64,000 nt of DNA from an uncultured Gemmatimonadales bacterium (GCA_963716255.1 OY970303.1:1440001-1504000); one strand, 5' to 3'. Positions 12,474 through 23,194 are shown, counted from the first letter of the stretch. Numbers and translations are program-made. Notes: generated from the sequence alone by a model not told the origin.

Positions 12474-13596
12474 CAGCGCGAACGGCACCGGGACGAAGGT
12501 GAGCACCAGCATCGCCACGCAGGCCCAGGCCACCAGGCGGCGTGCGCGGGAGAGCGGGTAGGCGGGGTCGAAGACCGGGGGGTGGGCCACCGAGCCGCGG
12601 CCCACCCCCAGAACCAGGCCGGCCCACAGCCACCAGCCCGGCCACAGGAAGCCCAGGAGAAGGAGGAGGGCGAGGAACGCGAGGGCAACGGGGCGCTGGC
12701 GGCGGCCGGCGAGGGCGAACAGCACGTGGCCGCCGTCCAGCTGCGACAGGGGAAAGAGGTTGAGCGCCGTGACGAAGAAGCCCAGCCAGGCGGCGAGCGC
12801 CAGCGGGTGCAGGACCACCGTGCCGGCGCCAGGCGCGAAAAGGAAGGCCAGGGCGTGGAATAGCTAGCGAGCCGCCCACCGGGAGGGCGTCTTCGGTGCC
12901 GACGGGAACCAGGAAGCGGGTCGGGGTGTCGTAAACGGACTCACCCACACTGCTGAGAAGGAGCCCGGCCACGGCGAGCGGGAGCGACAACGCGAAGCTG
13001 GCGAGGGGTCCCGCGGCCCCCACGTCCAGCAGGAGCGCACGGTTGATCATGGGGGAGCGGAGGCGGATGAACGCCCCGAAGGTCCCGATCAGGCTCAGGG
13101 GGAGCGGCGCGGGGATGAAGTACGGGGGCGACACGTCCAGCCGCCGGCGCCGCGCCACCAGGTAGTGCCCCATCTCGTGCGCCAGCAGCACGGCCAGCAG
13201 CGGAAGCGCGAACCACAGTCCGGGAACGACTTGTGCAGGGAGGATCCGCCCCGGAAGCGGGACCGTCCAGGGGCCCAGCGGGACCTCGCGCCAGAGGACG
13301 GCGTCCCGCCCCGCGAACAGGGCCCCGGAGACCGTGGTGGTGACGAGGGTGAGGAGGAGGAGGAGCGCGTGGAGCCACCAGCGCTCCCGGACGGGCGGCG
13401 CGGTCCGCCGGAAGAGGGTGACCTCGGTCCCCATCGGGGTTGCCCGGACGAAGCGGGCACCGGGCCAGCTTTCCAGGAGCGGCAGCACCGGCGGCGCGTC
13501 GGCCGCGAGCCCCGGAAGGAGCACCCCCTGGACGATTTCTTCGCGCCGGAGGGGCACCACCCGGTAGGTGGCGAACACGTTCAACCAGTCAACCAC
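12471..13596 (-). pseudogene. Site-2 protease (M50) family gene, frameshifted
   Basis: HEMGH and AGP motifs in one frame, NLFPLSQLDGGH in another; frameshift at TAGCTAGC 12861-12868; start approximate. Confidence 0.8.
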
Positions 13597-13790
13597 GGAA
13601 CTCTTGACCTCGCCTCGCGTGCGCAGTAGGTTGTGGCCTTCGACCCCGACCACCCGATCTACCCGGCCCTGTGGCGCTACGCGCCTCCCGCCCGCAGGCG
13701 AGTTTCTCCCGGTTTTCCAACGACAACAACGGGTTCGTCGGAGCGCGGTTCATCCGTTCCGCCGTTCCGTAGAGCCATTCGGAGCAATTC

Positions 13791-15044
13791 GTGGACATCA
13801 CGGCACTTAAGTCCAAGACCATCGCTGAGCTGCACGAGATGGCGGAGGGTCTGAACATCTCCAATTACTCGGGGCTGCGCAAGCAGGACCTGATCTACCG
13901 GATCGAGCAGAACCTCCTCGATTCCGAGGTCGTTCTCCGCGGCGAAGGCGTGCTGGAAGTCCTCCCCGAAGGATACGGCTTCCTGCGCTCGCAGGACTGG
14001 AATTACCTGTACGGCCCGGACGACATCTACGTCTCGCCCAGCCAGATCAAGCGCTTCGACCTCCGCACCGGCGACACGGTGCTGGGGCAGGTGCGTCCGC
14101 CCAAGGAGGGCGAGCGCTACCTGGCGCTGCTCAAGGTGGAGCGCGTCAACGGCGACGAGCCGGAAAAGGCGAAGCACCGCATCGCCTTCGACAACCTGCG
14201 CCCCCGCTACCCCGACCAGCGGGTGCGGCTGGAAAGCCGCATCGGCGACCTGTCCATGCGCGTCATGGACCTGATCGCCCCGGTCGGCAAGGGGCAGCGC
14301 GGGCTGATCGTGGCCCCGCCCAAGGCGGGCAAGACGATCCTGATGCAGAAGATGGCCAACGCCATCACCGAGAACCACCCGGAGGTGCACCTCATCGTGC
14401 TGCTCATCGACGAGCGCCCGGAGGAGGTCACCGACATGCAGGAGAACGTCAAGGCGGAGGTGATCTCCTCTACCTTCGACGAGCCGGCCGACCGCCACAC
14501 GCAGGTGGCGGAAATGGTGCTGGAAAAGGCCAAGCGCCTGGTAGAGCACGGCAAGGACGTGGTGATCCTGCTGGACTCCATCACCCGCCTGGCCCGCGCC
14601 TACAACGTGACGGTGCCGCACTCCGGGAAGATCCTTTCGGGCGGCGTGGACGCGCACGCGCTGCACAAGCCCAAGCGCTTCTTCGGCGCGGCCCGCAACA
14701 TCGAGGAGGGCGGCTCGCTCACCATCATCGCCACGGCGCTGGTGGAGACGGGATCGCGCATGGACGAGGTGATCTTCGAGGAGTTCAAGGGCACCGGCAA
14801 CATGGAGCTGGTGCTGGACCGCCACGTCGCGGACAAGCGGATCTTCCCGGCCATCGACCTCAACCGCTCCGGCACCCGCAAGGAGGACCTGCTCCTCAGC
14901 GAGACCGAGATGGCGCGCATCTACCTGCTCCGCAACTTTCTTTCGGACATGCCGCCGGCGGAGGCGATCGAGTTCCTCCTGTCGCGCATGAAGAAGGTGA
15001 AGACGAACCAGGAGTTCCTGGACTCGATGGCGCGCGGCGGATAG
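13791..15044 (+). CDS. rho: Transcription termination factor Rho
   Basis: [54 protein letters not shown]. Confidence 0.98.
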   Translation: MDITALKSKTIAELHEMAEGLNISNYSGLRKQDLIYRIEQNLLDSEVVLRGEGVLEVLPEGYGFLRSQDWNYLYGPDDIYVSPSQIKRFDLRTGDTVLGQVRPPKEGERYLALLKVERVNGDEPEKAKHRIAFDNLRPRYPDQRVRLESRIGDLSMRVMDLIAPVGKGQRGLIVAPPKAGKTILMQKMANAITENHPEVHLIVLLIDERPEEVTDMQENVKAEVISSTFDEPADRHTQVAEMVLEKAKRLVEHGKDVVILLDSITRLARAYNVTVPHSGKILSGGVDAHALHKPKRFFGAARNIEEGGSLTIIATALVETGSRMDEVIFEEFKGTGNMELVLDRHVADKRIFPAIDLNRSGTRKEDLLLSETEMARIYLLRNFLSDMPPAEAIEFLLSRMKKVKTNQEFLDSMARGG

Positions 15045-15065
15045 AACGGCGGAGCGCGAAGTGCG

Positions 15066-15104
15066 AAAGTGCGGGACGGCCCCAGGGTCGTCCCGCACTT
15101 TTTT
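15066..15104 (+). terminator. Intrinsic terminator after rho
   Basis: AAAGTGCGGGACGGCC / GGTCGTCCCGCACTTT stem ending in a T6 tract. Confidence 0.8.
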
Positions 15105-15113
15105 CGTTGCAGT

Positions 15114-15160
15114 GCTCCCCCTCTCCCGCTTGCGGGGGAGGGGGCCGGGGGGAGGGGGCC
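15114..15160. repeat. Family 3 palindromic repeat
   Basis: CCCCCTCTCCCGCTTGCGGGGGAGGGGG plus G-rich tail. Confidence 0.8.
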
Positions 15161-15167
15161 TGCCGTT

Positions 15168-15303
15168 GCGTGAGGGATTTCGGCCCGAAGGGGCGAGACC
15201 CGCGGGCAGTTTCGCGGGGCTCGACTCCGTTACGCAGCGTTGTTTGCTGCGTTACGGAGCCGAAGCCCGACCCCGGCGCCAGCCGGGGGCACGCCCGAAC
15301 CCG
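15168..15303 (+). repeat. Structured repeat family 1, copy 5
   Basis: Inner stem ACGCAGC/GCTGCGT. Confidence 0.95.
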
Positions 15304-15316
15304 CCGTGATCTTCGT

Positions 15317-15874
15317 TCAGCGGCCGTCCGCGATCGCCAGCTCGTAAGCCGGGTGCACGACCAGCTCCCCCTCGTCGGAAACGACCTGGCGGTCCCAGGG
15401 AAAGACGATCAGCGAGCCCGTCTCCAGGGCGAAGTAGTCGGGGCGATAGCCGCCGGGCTTGACGAAGCTGGTGGCGGTGCGCACGTCGGAGGGGCCCTGC
15501 TCGCGCACGTGGTGAAGCGCCAGGCGCAGGGTGTCGCCGCTGGTGGTGATCTCGTCCACGATGAGCGCCCGCCTGCCGCGCACCTGCCGCGGCGCCTCGG
15601 ACATCAGCTCCGGGTAGGTGCGCACCACTTCGCCCTGCTCGCGCCGGGAGATCTTCAGGCTGTAGAAGTCCACCTGCAGGATGCTGGCGATGACCGCGGC
15701 GGGGAGCACCCCGGCCGTGGCGATGCCGACGACCACTTCGGGGTCGTACTCGCGCGCGACCCGCAGCGCCAGCACGCGGCAGAGCTCGCCGAACAGCTCC
15801 CAGGACAGCTCGAACGCGGGCTGCTGGCCGCCCGGCGCGAGCTGGGCGGTCGGGTCGAATACGGTGTAGGGCAT
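15317..15874 (-). CDS. Phosphoribosyltransferase family protein
   Basis: PRPP-binding motif ALIVDEITTSGDTL; C-terminal IVFPWD. Confidence 0.88.
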   Translation of the reverse strand: MPYTVFDPTAQLAPGGQQPAFELSWELFGELCRVLALRVAREYDPEVVVGIATAGVLPAAVIASILQVDFYSLKISRREQGEVVRTYPELMSEAPRQVRGRRALIVDEITTSGDTLRLALHHVREQGPSDVRTATSFVKPGGYRPDYFALETGSLIVFPWDRQVVSDEGELVVHPAYELAIADGR

Positions 15875-16087
15875 GCGGACCTCCGGGCTGGGGGGGACGG
15901 GGCTGGCGCGCGCCTCAACATTCGTGCCCGACACCCGCAATATAGCGCGCGCGGCGCCGCGGACCACCGGGATCTTCCCCGCGCGTCCGTCGGCCGTGTC
16001 CGGCCGCGGACACCGCGGGCGCGGGTGGCGTACGCCGGGGCGGCCGCGTAGCTTGGGGCGCACGGACCCCCCACCTTCCAGGGCGAC

Positions 16088-16528
16088 ATGGCGACACAGG
16101 AGATCCGCGACCGGGCGGACCGGCGCTTCGAGGAGGCGCTGAAGCAGACGGGGGCGCGCGACCCGCGCGACTTCTACCGCAGGCGCCTCAAGGAGCTTCG
16201 CGAGCAGGACGCGGACGCCTTCAAGCGGGCGCTCGGCTACTTCGAGGAGCGGCTGATCCCCGCCGTGGCCGCGGAGGATTCGGACCCGGTGGCGGAGTGG
16301 CTGGAGTACGGCCGCTACCTGGCCGGGCTCGCCGCCCGCGGGACGACGATGCAGGTGGACCCCACGGGGGTGGCCCTTCCCTACGCGCCGCCGGTCCCCC
16401 GCGACCACCTGGTGCTGCACCTGCCGGACGCCGCGAGCGCGAAGGCGCTGGTAGTGGGAATTCCGCCGGAGCTGTCCCCCGCCCAGCGCGCCACCTACGA
16501 CCTGCTGGTGAGCGGCTCGCAGGGGTAG
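16088..16528 (+). CDS. Hypothetical protein
   Basis: Protein-like helical sequence with host-type codon usage. Confidence 0.7.
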   Translation: MATQEIRDRADRRFEEALKQTGARDPRDFYRRRLKELREQDADAFKRALGYFEERLIPAVAAEDSDPVAEWLEYGRYLAGLAARGTTMQVDPTGVALPYAPPVPRDHLVLHLPDAASAKALVVGIPPELSPAQRATYDLLVSGSQG

Positions 16529-16645
16529 GGAGTGAGGCAAATGGCGGCTGCGTAGCGTTCTACCCCCGGTCGCCTCCCTTGCCCGTCCCCTTCCGAAGCG
16601 GCATTCTTCCCCTCCGAAACATCCGCGGTACCGGCAAGGAGAGAG

Positions 16646-17461
16646 GTGGATTTGCAGGCCCTGGTCATCGTCGGACACGGCTCGCACCTGAACGCCGAAT
16701 CGAGCGCACCCGTCTACCGCCACGCGGAGGCGATCCGCGCGCTCGGCGTTTTCGACGAGGTGCGCGAGTGCTTCTGGAAGGAGGAGCCCTCCATGCGGGA
16801 GGTCTTCGACCTGCTGGAGTCGGAGGAGGTGTACGTGGTCCCGCTCTTCATCTCGGAGGGGTACTTCACGGAGGAGGTCATCCCCCGCGAGCTGGGGCTG
16901 GACGGCCCGGCCCCGTCCACCACGCGCAGGCCGGGCAGGACCATCCGCTACTGCGGGCCCATCGGCACGCACCCGTGGATGACGCGCATGATCCTGCGCC
17001 GCGCGGAGGAGGGCGCGGGGCTCACGGACGAGGAGGCGCGCGGGACGGGGCTGGTGATCATCGGCCACGGGACGGAGCGCAACTCCAACTCGCAGGAGGT
17101 GATCTACCGGGTGAGCCGCGAGGCGGACGCGGCGGGGGTCTTCGGGCACGTGCGCACCGGCTTCCTGGACCAGGCGCCGGAGGTGGGCGAGGTGCTGGCG
17201 GAGATGGAGGAGCGGCGCGTGGTGCTGGTGCCGTTCTTCGTGGCGGAGGGGTGGCACACGCAGGAGACCATCCCGGACGACCTGGGGATCAACCGCCCGG
17301 CGGTGTCGGCGGTGACGGAGGTGGACGGGCGCACGGTGTTCTACGCGGCGCCTGTGGGGACCTTCCCGGAGGTGGCTGAGATCGTGCTGCAGCGCGCCCG
17401 CGAGGCGGGGGCGCGGGTCCCGGAGTCGGCGGCCTTCGCGGCGGGAGGCGCGGGTGTCTGA
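16646..17461 (+). CDS. CbiX/SirB-like chelatase-fold protein (two repeats)
   Basis: VGHGS...PLFISEGYF and IGHGT...PFFVAEGWH. Confidence 0.85.
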   Translation: MDLQALVIVGHGSHLNAESSAPVYRHAEAIRALGVFDEVRECFWKEEPSMREVFDLLESEEVYVVPLFISEGYFTEEVIPRELGLDGPAPSTTRRPGRTIRYCGPIGTHPWMTRMILRRAEEGAGLTDEEARGTGLVIIGHGTERNSNSQEVIYRVSREADAAGVFGHVRTGFLDQAPEVGEVLAEMEERRVVLVPFFVAEGWHTQETIPDDLGINRPAVSAVTEVDGRTVFYAAPVGTFPEVAEIVLQRAREAGARVPESAAFAAGGAGV

Positions 17462-18389
17462 CGCGGCGGCGGTGCGGGGAGTGCACGCTCCGGCGGGGGT
17501 GGCGGCGGCGCGCGCGGCGCTGCTCGCCTGGGTGGACGAGGCGGAGGCGGAGGGGCGGACGTTCCTCCAGGCGCACCTGCGCGCCACGGGCGGGGGCCGC
17601 TACGAAGTGCGCCACGCGCGCGACGCGTCCGTCCCGCTGGACGCGCTGGAGGTGGGCACGGACCCGTTCGCGGCGCGCGGGATCGCGCAGACCACGGACG
17701 CGGGGGAGCACCGCCCGCTGAAGACGTCGCCCAACCTGCGGGGCGGCTGGGCGCTGGTGGGATTGGACGGGCGCGGGCTGTGGACGGCGCTGGACTACCT
17801 GTACCCGGCGTGCGCGGCGCACTGGCACGCGGGGCGCACGGGGACGCTGCGCCCCACGCACTGGCGGGAGACGGCGGGGCGGCAGAGCGGGATGTACTCG
17901 CCGGTGAAGCTCCTCGCGGACGACGTGGTGCGGAACACGGCCCGGGCCTGTTGTGGCGACGCGGTGTGCCTGCGCCGGGTGGCGTGGCGGATCGACGCGG
18001 ACACGCCGCTGGGGATGGCGGACGAGGGGCCGCCGGCGGGCGACGCCGCGGTCCCCTGCCCCGAGGCGTGCTCCATGTTCGTGGCCTTTTCGCGCAAGGT
18101 GCTGACGCTGGAGCGCGCCCCCCGCCGCGAGGTTCCCGGGTTGGCGCCCATGAGCGCGGCGGAGCTGGAGCAGCTGCGCGAGGTGGTGGCGGCCGCGGCC
18201 GCGGGGACGCCGGGCGCCGTCCGCGAGGGCGAGTTCGACGCGCCCACCAACCCGCGCCGCGTCCGCTACCTGGCCGCGCGCCTGGCGGAGGCGGCGGCGG
18301 ACGACGCGCCCGCGGTGGCGGCGGAGCTCCCCTGCGAGGGGTGCCCGCGCGCTGCTCCCTGCGCCGCGTGCCCGCTGGCCGCCGCCTGA
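17454..18389 (+). CDS. DR2241-family Fe-S protein
   Basis: [40 protein letters not shown]; overlaps the CbiX-like gene. Confidence 0.75.
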   Translation: MSDAAAVRGVHAPAGVAAARAALLAWVDEAEAEGRTFLQAHLRATGGGRYEVRHARDASVPLDALEVGTDPFAARGIAQTTDAGEHRPLKTSPNLRGGWALVGLDGRGLWTALDYLYPACAAHWHAGRTGTLRPTHWRETAGRQSGMYSPVKLLADDVVRNTARACCGDAVCLRRVAWRIDADTPLGMADEGPPAGDAAVPCPEACSMFVAFSRKVLTLERAPRREVPGLAPMSAAELEQLREVVAAAAAGTPGAVREGEFDAPTNPRRVRYLAARLAEAAADDAPAVAAELPCEGCPRAAPCAACPLAAA

Positions 18390-18409
18390 ACCTCTTTCCG
18401 CGGAGACGC

Positions 18410-19279
18410 ATGACCCCCGAGACCCCGGCCACCTCGCCCGCCCTGAGCCTCACCCGCTGGGAGCTGCGCCCGCGCGACGGGCAGCCGCCCATCCGCGGCG
18501 ACGTGCGCGTCCTCGCCGGCACCGCCCCGCGCTCGGCGGTGGTGGTCTGCCACGGCTTCAAGGGCTTCCGCGGCTGGGGCTTCTTCCCGGCGGTGGCGCG
18601 GGCGCTGGCGCGCGCGGGGCACGCGGCGCTCACCTTCGACTTCTCGCGGAACGGGGTGGGTGCGGACGGGGCGGACTTCTCGGCGCTGGAGCTGTTCCGC
18701 GAGAACACCCACACGCGCGACGTGGACGAGATCCGCATGGTGCTGGACGCGCTCCGCGGCGGCGTGCTCACCCGGCGGGCGCCGCTGCGCATGGGGCTGC
18801 TGGGGCACTCGCGCGGCGGCGGCGAGGCGGTGCTGGCCGCGGCGGAGGACCCCCGGGTGGACGCGCTGGTGACGTGGGCCGCGATCTCGGACATCCCGGC
18901 GCGGTGGACGGAGGCGCAGGTGGCGGCGTGGCGGCGCGGCGAGACGGTGGAGATCGTGAACCAGCGCACGGGGCAGCCGATGCCCATCGGGCCGGCGTAC
19001 TGGCGCGACGTGGAGATGAACCGGGAGCGGCTGGACATCCTGGCCGCGGCGGAGTCGCTCACCATTCCCTGGCTGATCGTGCACGGCGAGGACGACGCTT
19101 CGGTTGCGGAGGAGGAGGGGCGGGCGCTGTTCGACGCGGCGGGCGAGGAGACGGAGCTGCTGCTGGTGGAGGGGACGGGGCACACCTTCGGGGCGGTGCA
19201 CCCCTACGCGGGGGCCACGCCGGAGCTGCGGGCGGCGGCGGACGCCACCGTGGAGTGGTTCGGCCGGCACCTCGTCTGA
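18410..19279 (+). CDS. Alpha/beta hydrolase
   Basis: CHGFKG, nucleophile GHSRGG, HGEDD, GHTF. Confidence 0.88.
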   Translation: MTPETPATSPALSLTRWELRPRDGQPPIRGDVRVLAGTAPRSAVVVCHGFKGFRGWGFFPAVARALARAGHAALTFDFSRNGVGADGADFSALELFRENTHTRDVDEIRMVLDALRGGVLTRRAPLRMGLLGHSRGGGEAVLAAAEDPRVDALVTWAAISDIPARWTEAQVAAWRRGETVEIVNQRTGQPMPIGPAYWRDVEMNRERLDILAAAESLTIPWLIVHGEDDASVAEEEGRALFDAAGEETELLLVEGTGHTFGAVHPYAGATPELRAAADATVEWFGRHLV

Positions 19280-19398
19280 CCGGCCCGGCGGGGCCGTCCC
19301 GCACCGTGGACAACCCGCTACGGGCCTGTTATTCTACGCCCGGCCCAGCGACCGCACGCACGAGCGAACCAACCAACCACGCCGTTCCGGAGAGCAAC

Positions 19399-19635
19399 AT
19401 GCCGTACGTGATCACCGAGCCGTGCATCGGGACCAAGGACGCGAGCTGCGTCGAGGTCTGCCCGGTGGACTGCATCTACGAGGCCGAGGATATGTACTAC
19501 ATCAACCCGGACGAGTGCATCGACTGCGGCGCGTGCGAGCCGGAATGTCCCGTCAGCGCGATCTTCCCCGATACGGACGTGCCGCCCGAGTGGTCGTCGT
19601 ACATCGAGAAGAACCGCGCGCTGTCCGACAAGTAG
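19399..19635 (+). CDS. Dicluster (7Fe-type) ferredoxin
   Basis: C-x7-C-x3-CPVDC and [12 protein letters not shown]. Confidence 0.93.
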   Translation: MPYVITEPCIGTKDASCVEVCPVDCIYEAEDMYYINPDECIDCGACEPECPVSAIFPDTDVPPEWSSYIEKNRALSDK

Positions 19636-19666
19636 ATCGCGGGCCGTCCGGACGACCTAGAGGTTA

Positions 19667-19701
19667 GAAGAGGGCGCCTCCTGCGTGGGGGCGCCCTCTT
19701 C
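19667..19701 (+). terminator. Hairpin after ferredoxin
   Basis: GAAGAGGGCGCCTCC / GGGGGCGCCCTCTTC 15-bp stem. Confidence 0.6.
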
Positions 19702-19851
19702 CTGCCTTCGTGCCTCGGGACCGTGCCGTGGCGGTCGGGGTGGGGGTGCTCTCCGGAAAGAGTCAATGCCCCGCCCCGCCGCCACCCCCCCGACTCTTTC
19801 CTCCGACCACCCCCACACCCTCCCTCGGGCCTCCCGGCGGCCGCGGGACAA

Positions 19852-19895
19852 GCTCCCCTCCCCCGCTTGCGGGGGAGGGGCTGGGGGTGGGGGGC
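19852..19895. repeat. Family 3 palindromic repeat
   Basis: CCCCTCCCCCGCTTGCGGGGGAGGGG plus G-rich tail. Confidence 0.8.
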
Positions 19896-19932
19896 CACCC
19901 CCGCCAACGGCACGGACCCGCCCCCACGCGCG

Positions 19933-20125
19933 CCGTTCGCCGTTCGTGCAGTTCCGCCGTTCGGCCGTTCCGCAGTACCCCTCGAATCTTCTGCGGAGGG
20001 AGACTCACGCGGCCGTTTGCGTGAGGCTCCCGCAGCCGGAGCGGAGACAGCGGGGCCGTTTCCGCTGGCTCCGCGACCCGCGCAGGAAACAGGCCGGCTG
20101 TTTGGCCTGGTTCCGGAGCGGCCCC
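19933..20125 (+). repeat. Triple-hairpin repeat, family 2, copy A
   Basis: CCGTTCG-like tandem leader, then three GARAC-stem-GGCYGTTT-stem-GGYTC units at 20000, 20044 and 20086. Confidence 0.85.
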
Positions 20126-20145
20126 AAAGCCGAGGCATCACCAAC

Positions 20146-21384
20146 TTACCCCCCTCGCTCCATCGGTCGCTCCCAGTCGCGGAGATGGTTCAGAAGGTAG
20201 TCGATGCCGAACACGTGCCGGCTGCGGTCGTCGTCGCGGCGGAAGATCACCGCGGCCCAGCCGTGCATGCCCGTGGGCGTGTAGCGGCGGCCGTGCATCC
20301 ACAGCTTCTGGCCGGAGATGGCGCGGATCAGCACGCGCTCGTAGCGGGAACGGGACAGCTCGTGCTCGGGGAACAGGTTGTCCCAGGTGCACAGGCGGCC
20401 CACGTCGTCGTACTCGGGCGGGCGCTCGTCCAGGTCCAGCAGCGAGGGGGCCCGCCCGCGCATCACGGAGCCGATGAGCCGGAAGGTGAACGGGTCGGAG
20501 ACGCGGCGCACGGGGTGCCAGAAGTGCTTGACGGTGAGCCCGGCGATGGCGCGCAGCGAGAGGCGCCGCCCGTCCGTGGTGTCCCACAGCGGGGTGTCGG
20601 GGTCGGAGGTGAAGGGGTCGCGCGGGTAGCACTCGCCCTTGGCCAGCCACCCCTTGCGCGAGGTGTGCGGGATGGGCCGGTAGCCGGCGATCACCGGCAG
20701 CCCGATGCGGTCCAGCATCTCCAGGCCGAAGGAGGGCCAGGCCATCACCTCGCGCACGATCCCCACGATGAGGGTTCCCGTGGCGATCATCAGCGAGGCG
20801 CTGGGGGTGAAGTCCACGGTGATCTCGATGCGGTCGCCGCGAGGGCGCACCCCCACCCCGGTGGAGCGCCGGTTGGTGGCCAGCATCATCACCGGCGCGG
20901 GGAGGATGTACGACAGCAGCAGCGCCAGCTTGTTGACGGTGCGGCTGCGGCCCTGGGCCTCGCGCGGGAGCTCGAAGGAGATGTTGTAGTGGGCGCTGAA
21001 GCCCACCAGGCGCACTTCGCGGCCGCTGCGGTGCTCCCAGTGGTCCAGCTCGCCGCGCAGGTACAGGATGGACTCCCACAGCGAGCGCCCGGCCCGGGCG
21101 GCGGCGCCGCGCTCGATCTCGATGACGGGGGTGGCGACCTCGATCACGCCGGTGTCGAAGTACACGGCCCCGCCGGTGGGGAGGTGGTAGGAGGTCCCCA
21201 CGCGGTGCATCAGCCTGTCGCGCACGAAGGCGCGCGGGTCGCCGAACAGGTCCTCGGGGCGCACGGGCTCGCCGTCCACCATCACCGAGAACTCGGCTTC
21301 CATCCCCATGGCGGCCAGCTCCAGCCTGCCGCCGCCCGCGGGCGCCCGGTCCCCGCCCGTCTTCTTGGCTTCGTTCTGCATCAT
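20146..21384 (-). CDS. PafA/Dop-like carboxylate-amine ligase fold protein
   Basis: GMEAE (GhExE), GGAVYFDTGVIEVATP, GFSAHYNIS, RIEIT resemble Pup-ligase/glutamine-synthetase-fold motifs. Confidence 0.6.
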   Translation of the reverse strand: MMQNEAKKTGGDRAPAGGGRLELAAMGMEAEFSVMVDGEPVRPEDLFGDPRAFVRDRLMHRVGTSYHLPTGGAVYFDTGVIEVATPVIEIERGAAARAGRSLWESILYLRGELDHWEHRSGREVRLVGFSAHYNISFELPREAQGRSRTVNKLALLLSYILPAPVMMLATNRRSTGVGVRPRGDRIEITVDFTPSASLMIATGTLIVGIVREVMAWPSFGLEMLDRIGLPVIAGYRPIPHTSRKGWLAKGECYPRDPFTSDPDTPLWDTTDGRRLSLRAIAGLTVKHFWHPVRRVSDPFTFRLIGSVMRGRAPSLLDLDERPPEYDDVGRLCTWDNLFPEHELSRSRYERVLIRAISGQKLWMHGRRYTPTGMHGWAAVIFRRDDDRSRHVFGIDYLLNHLRDWERPMERGG

Positions 21385-22043
21385 GCGCTCATCGCTTCGG
21401 CTTCTGCCGCGCCGCCGCCGCCGTCCGCCGGCGCGCCGGTTGCCCCCGCGTCCTCGCCGGGCGCGTCGTGGGGGACCGCCTCGGTGTAGCCCAGGTCCAG
21501 GTGGAGGTGGTCGTCGGCTTCGCCCACGCCGTGTCCCCAGGGGCGGGACCAGATCCCGGGGACCAGCTCGCGCGCGATGCGTGAATAGCGCCCGATGCTC
21601 CGCTCGTCGTCCAGCCAGTCGTCGCCGATGCGGTACACGTTGACCGCGGTCCCCCAGCAGTGGGTGGAGGCGTGGGTGGTGAGCCGGTGCGCGGGCGAGC
21701 GGTAGCCGCCGTTGGCGGAGATGTGCACGTAGGTGGCCACCTCGCGCCGGAACAGCTCCAGCTGGGCGGCGAGCACCGCGACGGCGCAGGGGATGTACCG
21801 CGGCCACGCGGCGCGCAGCAGCTCGGCCTCGCGCACGTCGGCGTTGATGAACTCCCACACCTTGAAGTGCTCGGTGAGGTCGGTGTCGCGCGCGGCCTCC
21901 CACGAGGGGACTTCGTAGAAGAAGCGGGGCAGCCGCCGCAGCCGGCGGGAGCGGTCGCGCACCCGCTCGCCGGGGCGCAGCACGGCGCGGTACTCCTCGC
22001 CCAGGGTGAGCCCGTCCACCCAGCGGAAGGGGAACTCAGCCAT
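21381..22043 (-). CDS. Peptidase M15-like metallohydrolase
   Basis: LTEHFKVWEF, GGYRSPAH, STHCWGTAVN, DHLHLD. Confidence 0.7.
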   Translation of the reverse strand: MAEFPFRWVDGLTLGEEYRAVLRPGERVRDRSRRLRRLPRFFYEVPSWEAARDTDLTEHFKVWEFINADVREAELLRAAWPRYIPCAVAVLAAQLELFRREVATYVHISANGGYRSPAHRLTTHASTHCWGTAVNVYRIGDDWLDDERSIGRYSRIARELVPGIWSRPWGHGVGEADDHLHLDLGYTEAVPHDAPGEDAGATGAPADGGGGAAEAEAMSA

Positions 22044-22896
22044 CGGTCGGCTTTCCTCCGCCGGAGGTGAGGTGCTGGTAGACGGTGCGCGAGATGCGGG
22101 CGATGGTGTCGCTGCGCCCGGAGGTGCCGCGGTCCCACTGGGTGAGCACCACCAGCACGTACGGCTTGCGGTCGGGGAGGTAGACGATGGCGGCGTCGTG
22201 GGCGATGGTGGAGATCTCGCCGGTCTTGTTGGCGACGCGGGCGTCGTCGGGGACGCCGGCGGGGATGCCGCTGCGGAACTCCTGGTCGTGCATGATCTCG
22301 AGCATGCGCGCGGAGGCCAGCACGGAAAAGGCGGTGCCCTCCTCGATGTGGCGGAGCACCTGCACCAGGCCGTTGGCGGTGACCAGGTTGTTGATCTCCC
22401 TGTCGAAGGCGCGCTCGTCCTCCACGCCGCGCTCCAGCACGATCCCCTCGATCCCCACTTCCTTGAGGGCGGCGCGCATCTCGTCCAGCCCCACGATGTC
22501 CACCAGTACGTTGGTGGCGAGGTTGCTGCTGGTGGTGATCATGTGCCGCGCCAGCTCCCACACCCGCATGGTCTTGCCGCGGCGGCGGTGCACCTTGGAG
22601 TTGGCGTCGCGCGAGGAGTCCACGCGGAAGGGCTCGCCGTCGGCGACGCTGAGGAAGCGGTTGCGCACGTGCACGCGCGACTTCATGGGGAGGCGCCCGT
22701 GGTGCGCGGCCCCGAACACGCCCACCAGCATGGGGACCTTGATGGTGCTGGCGGCGTGGAACCACTCGTCGCCGCAGTAGTCCCAGTGGGTGTGGGTGTC
22801 GTAGTCGTAGTAGGCGACGGCGACGGACTGCGCCCCGGCGTCCTGCCGGATGCGCCTGACCGTCTCGGCCAGCTCGTCCTTTTCCTGGAAGCTCAT
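22036..22896 (-). CDS. Class A beta-lactamase-related serine hydrolase
   Basis: SxxK (ASTIK), SSN, KTG, HDAA; no signal peptide. Confidence 0.88.
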   Translation of the reverse strand: MSFQEKDELAETVRRIRQDAGAQSVAVAYYDYDTHTHWDYCGDEWFHAASTIKVPMLVGVFGAAHHGRLPMKSRVHVRNRFLSVADGEPFRVDSSRDANSKVHRRRGKTMRVWELARHMITTSSNLATNVLVDIVGLDEMRAALKEVGIEGIVLERGVEDERAFDREINNLVTANGLVQVLRHIEEGTAFSVLASARMLEIMHDQEFRSGIPAGVPDDARVANKTGEISTIAHDAAIVYLPDRKPYVLVVLTQWDRGTSGRSDTIARISRTVYQHLTSGGGKPTDG

Positions 22897-23045
22897 CGGG
22901 TGTGGACACGGATTGAAAGCCCCGCCGCCGGATTCGCGGCGGCGGGGTCTGCCGGGGCTTTGCAGGTTTAGCGCCAGCGGAGCGGCTGAATGCAGGCGGG
23001 GCCGGAGGATGGCTCCTCCGGCCCCGCCTGAACGAGAAAGCCGTC

Positions 23046-23181
23046 GCGTGAGGGATTTCGGCCCGAAGGGGCGAGACCCGGCGGCGGTCTGCCGGGGCTC
23101 GACTCCGTTACGCACGGTCGTTTCGTGCGTTACGGAGCCGAAGCCCGACCCCGGCGCCAGCCGGGGGCACGCCCAACCCCG
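23046..23181 (+). repeat. Structured repeat family 1, copy 6
   Basis: Near-consensus copy. Confidence 0.95.
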
Positions 23182-23194
23182 CTGTTCAAGCCGT

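Noticed and set aside
20000..20113. Repeat-spacer pattern suggesting a mini-CRISPR (also 30174-30287)
   Set aside because: Variable parts are self-complementary stems, spacers are only about 14 bp, and there are no cas genes
22036..22896. Calling this a true resistance beta-lactamase
   Set aside because: No signal peptide, SSN instead of SDN, and operon context; only family-level support
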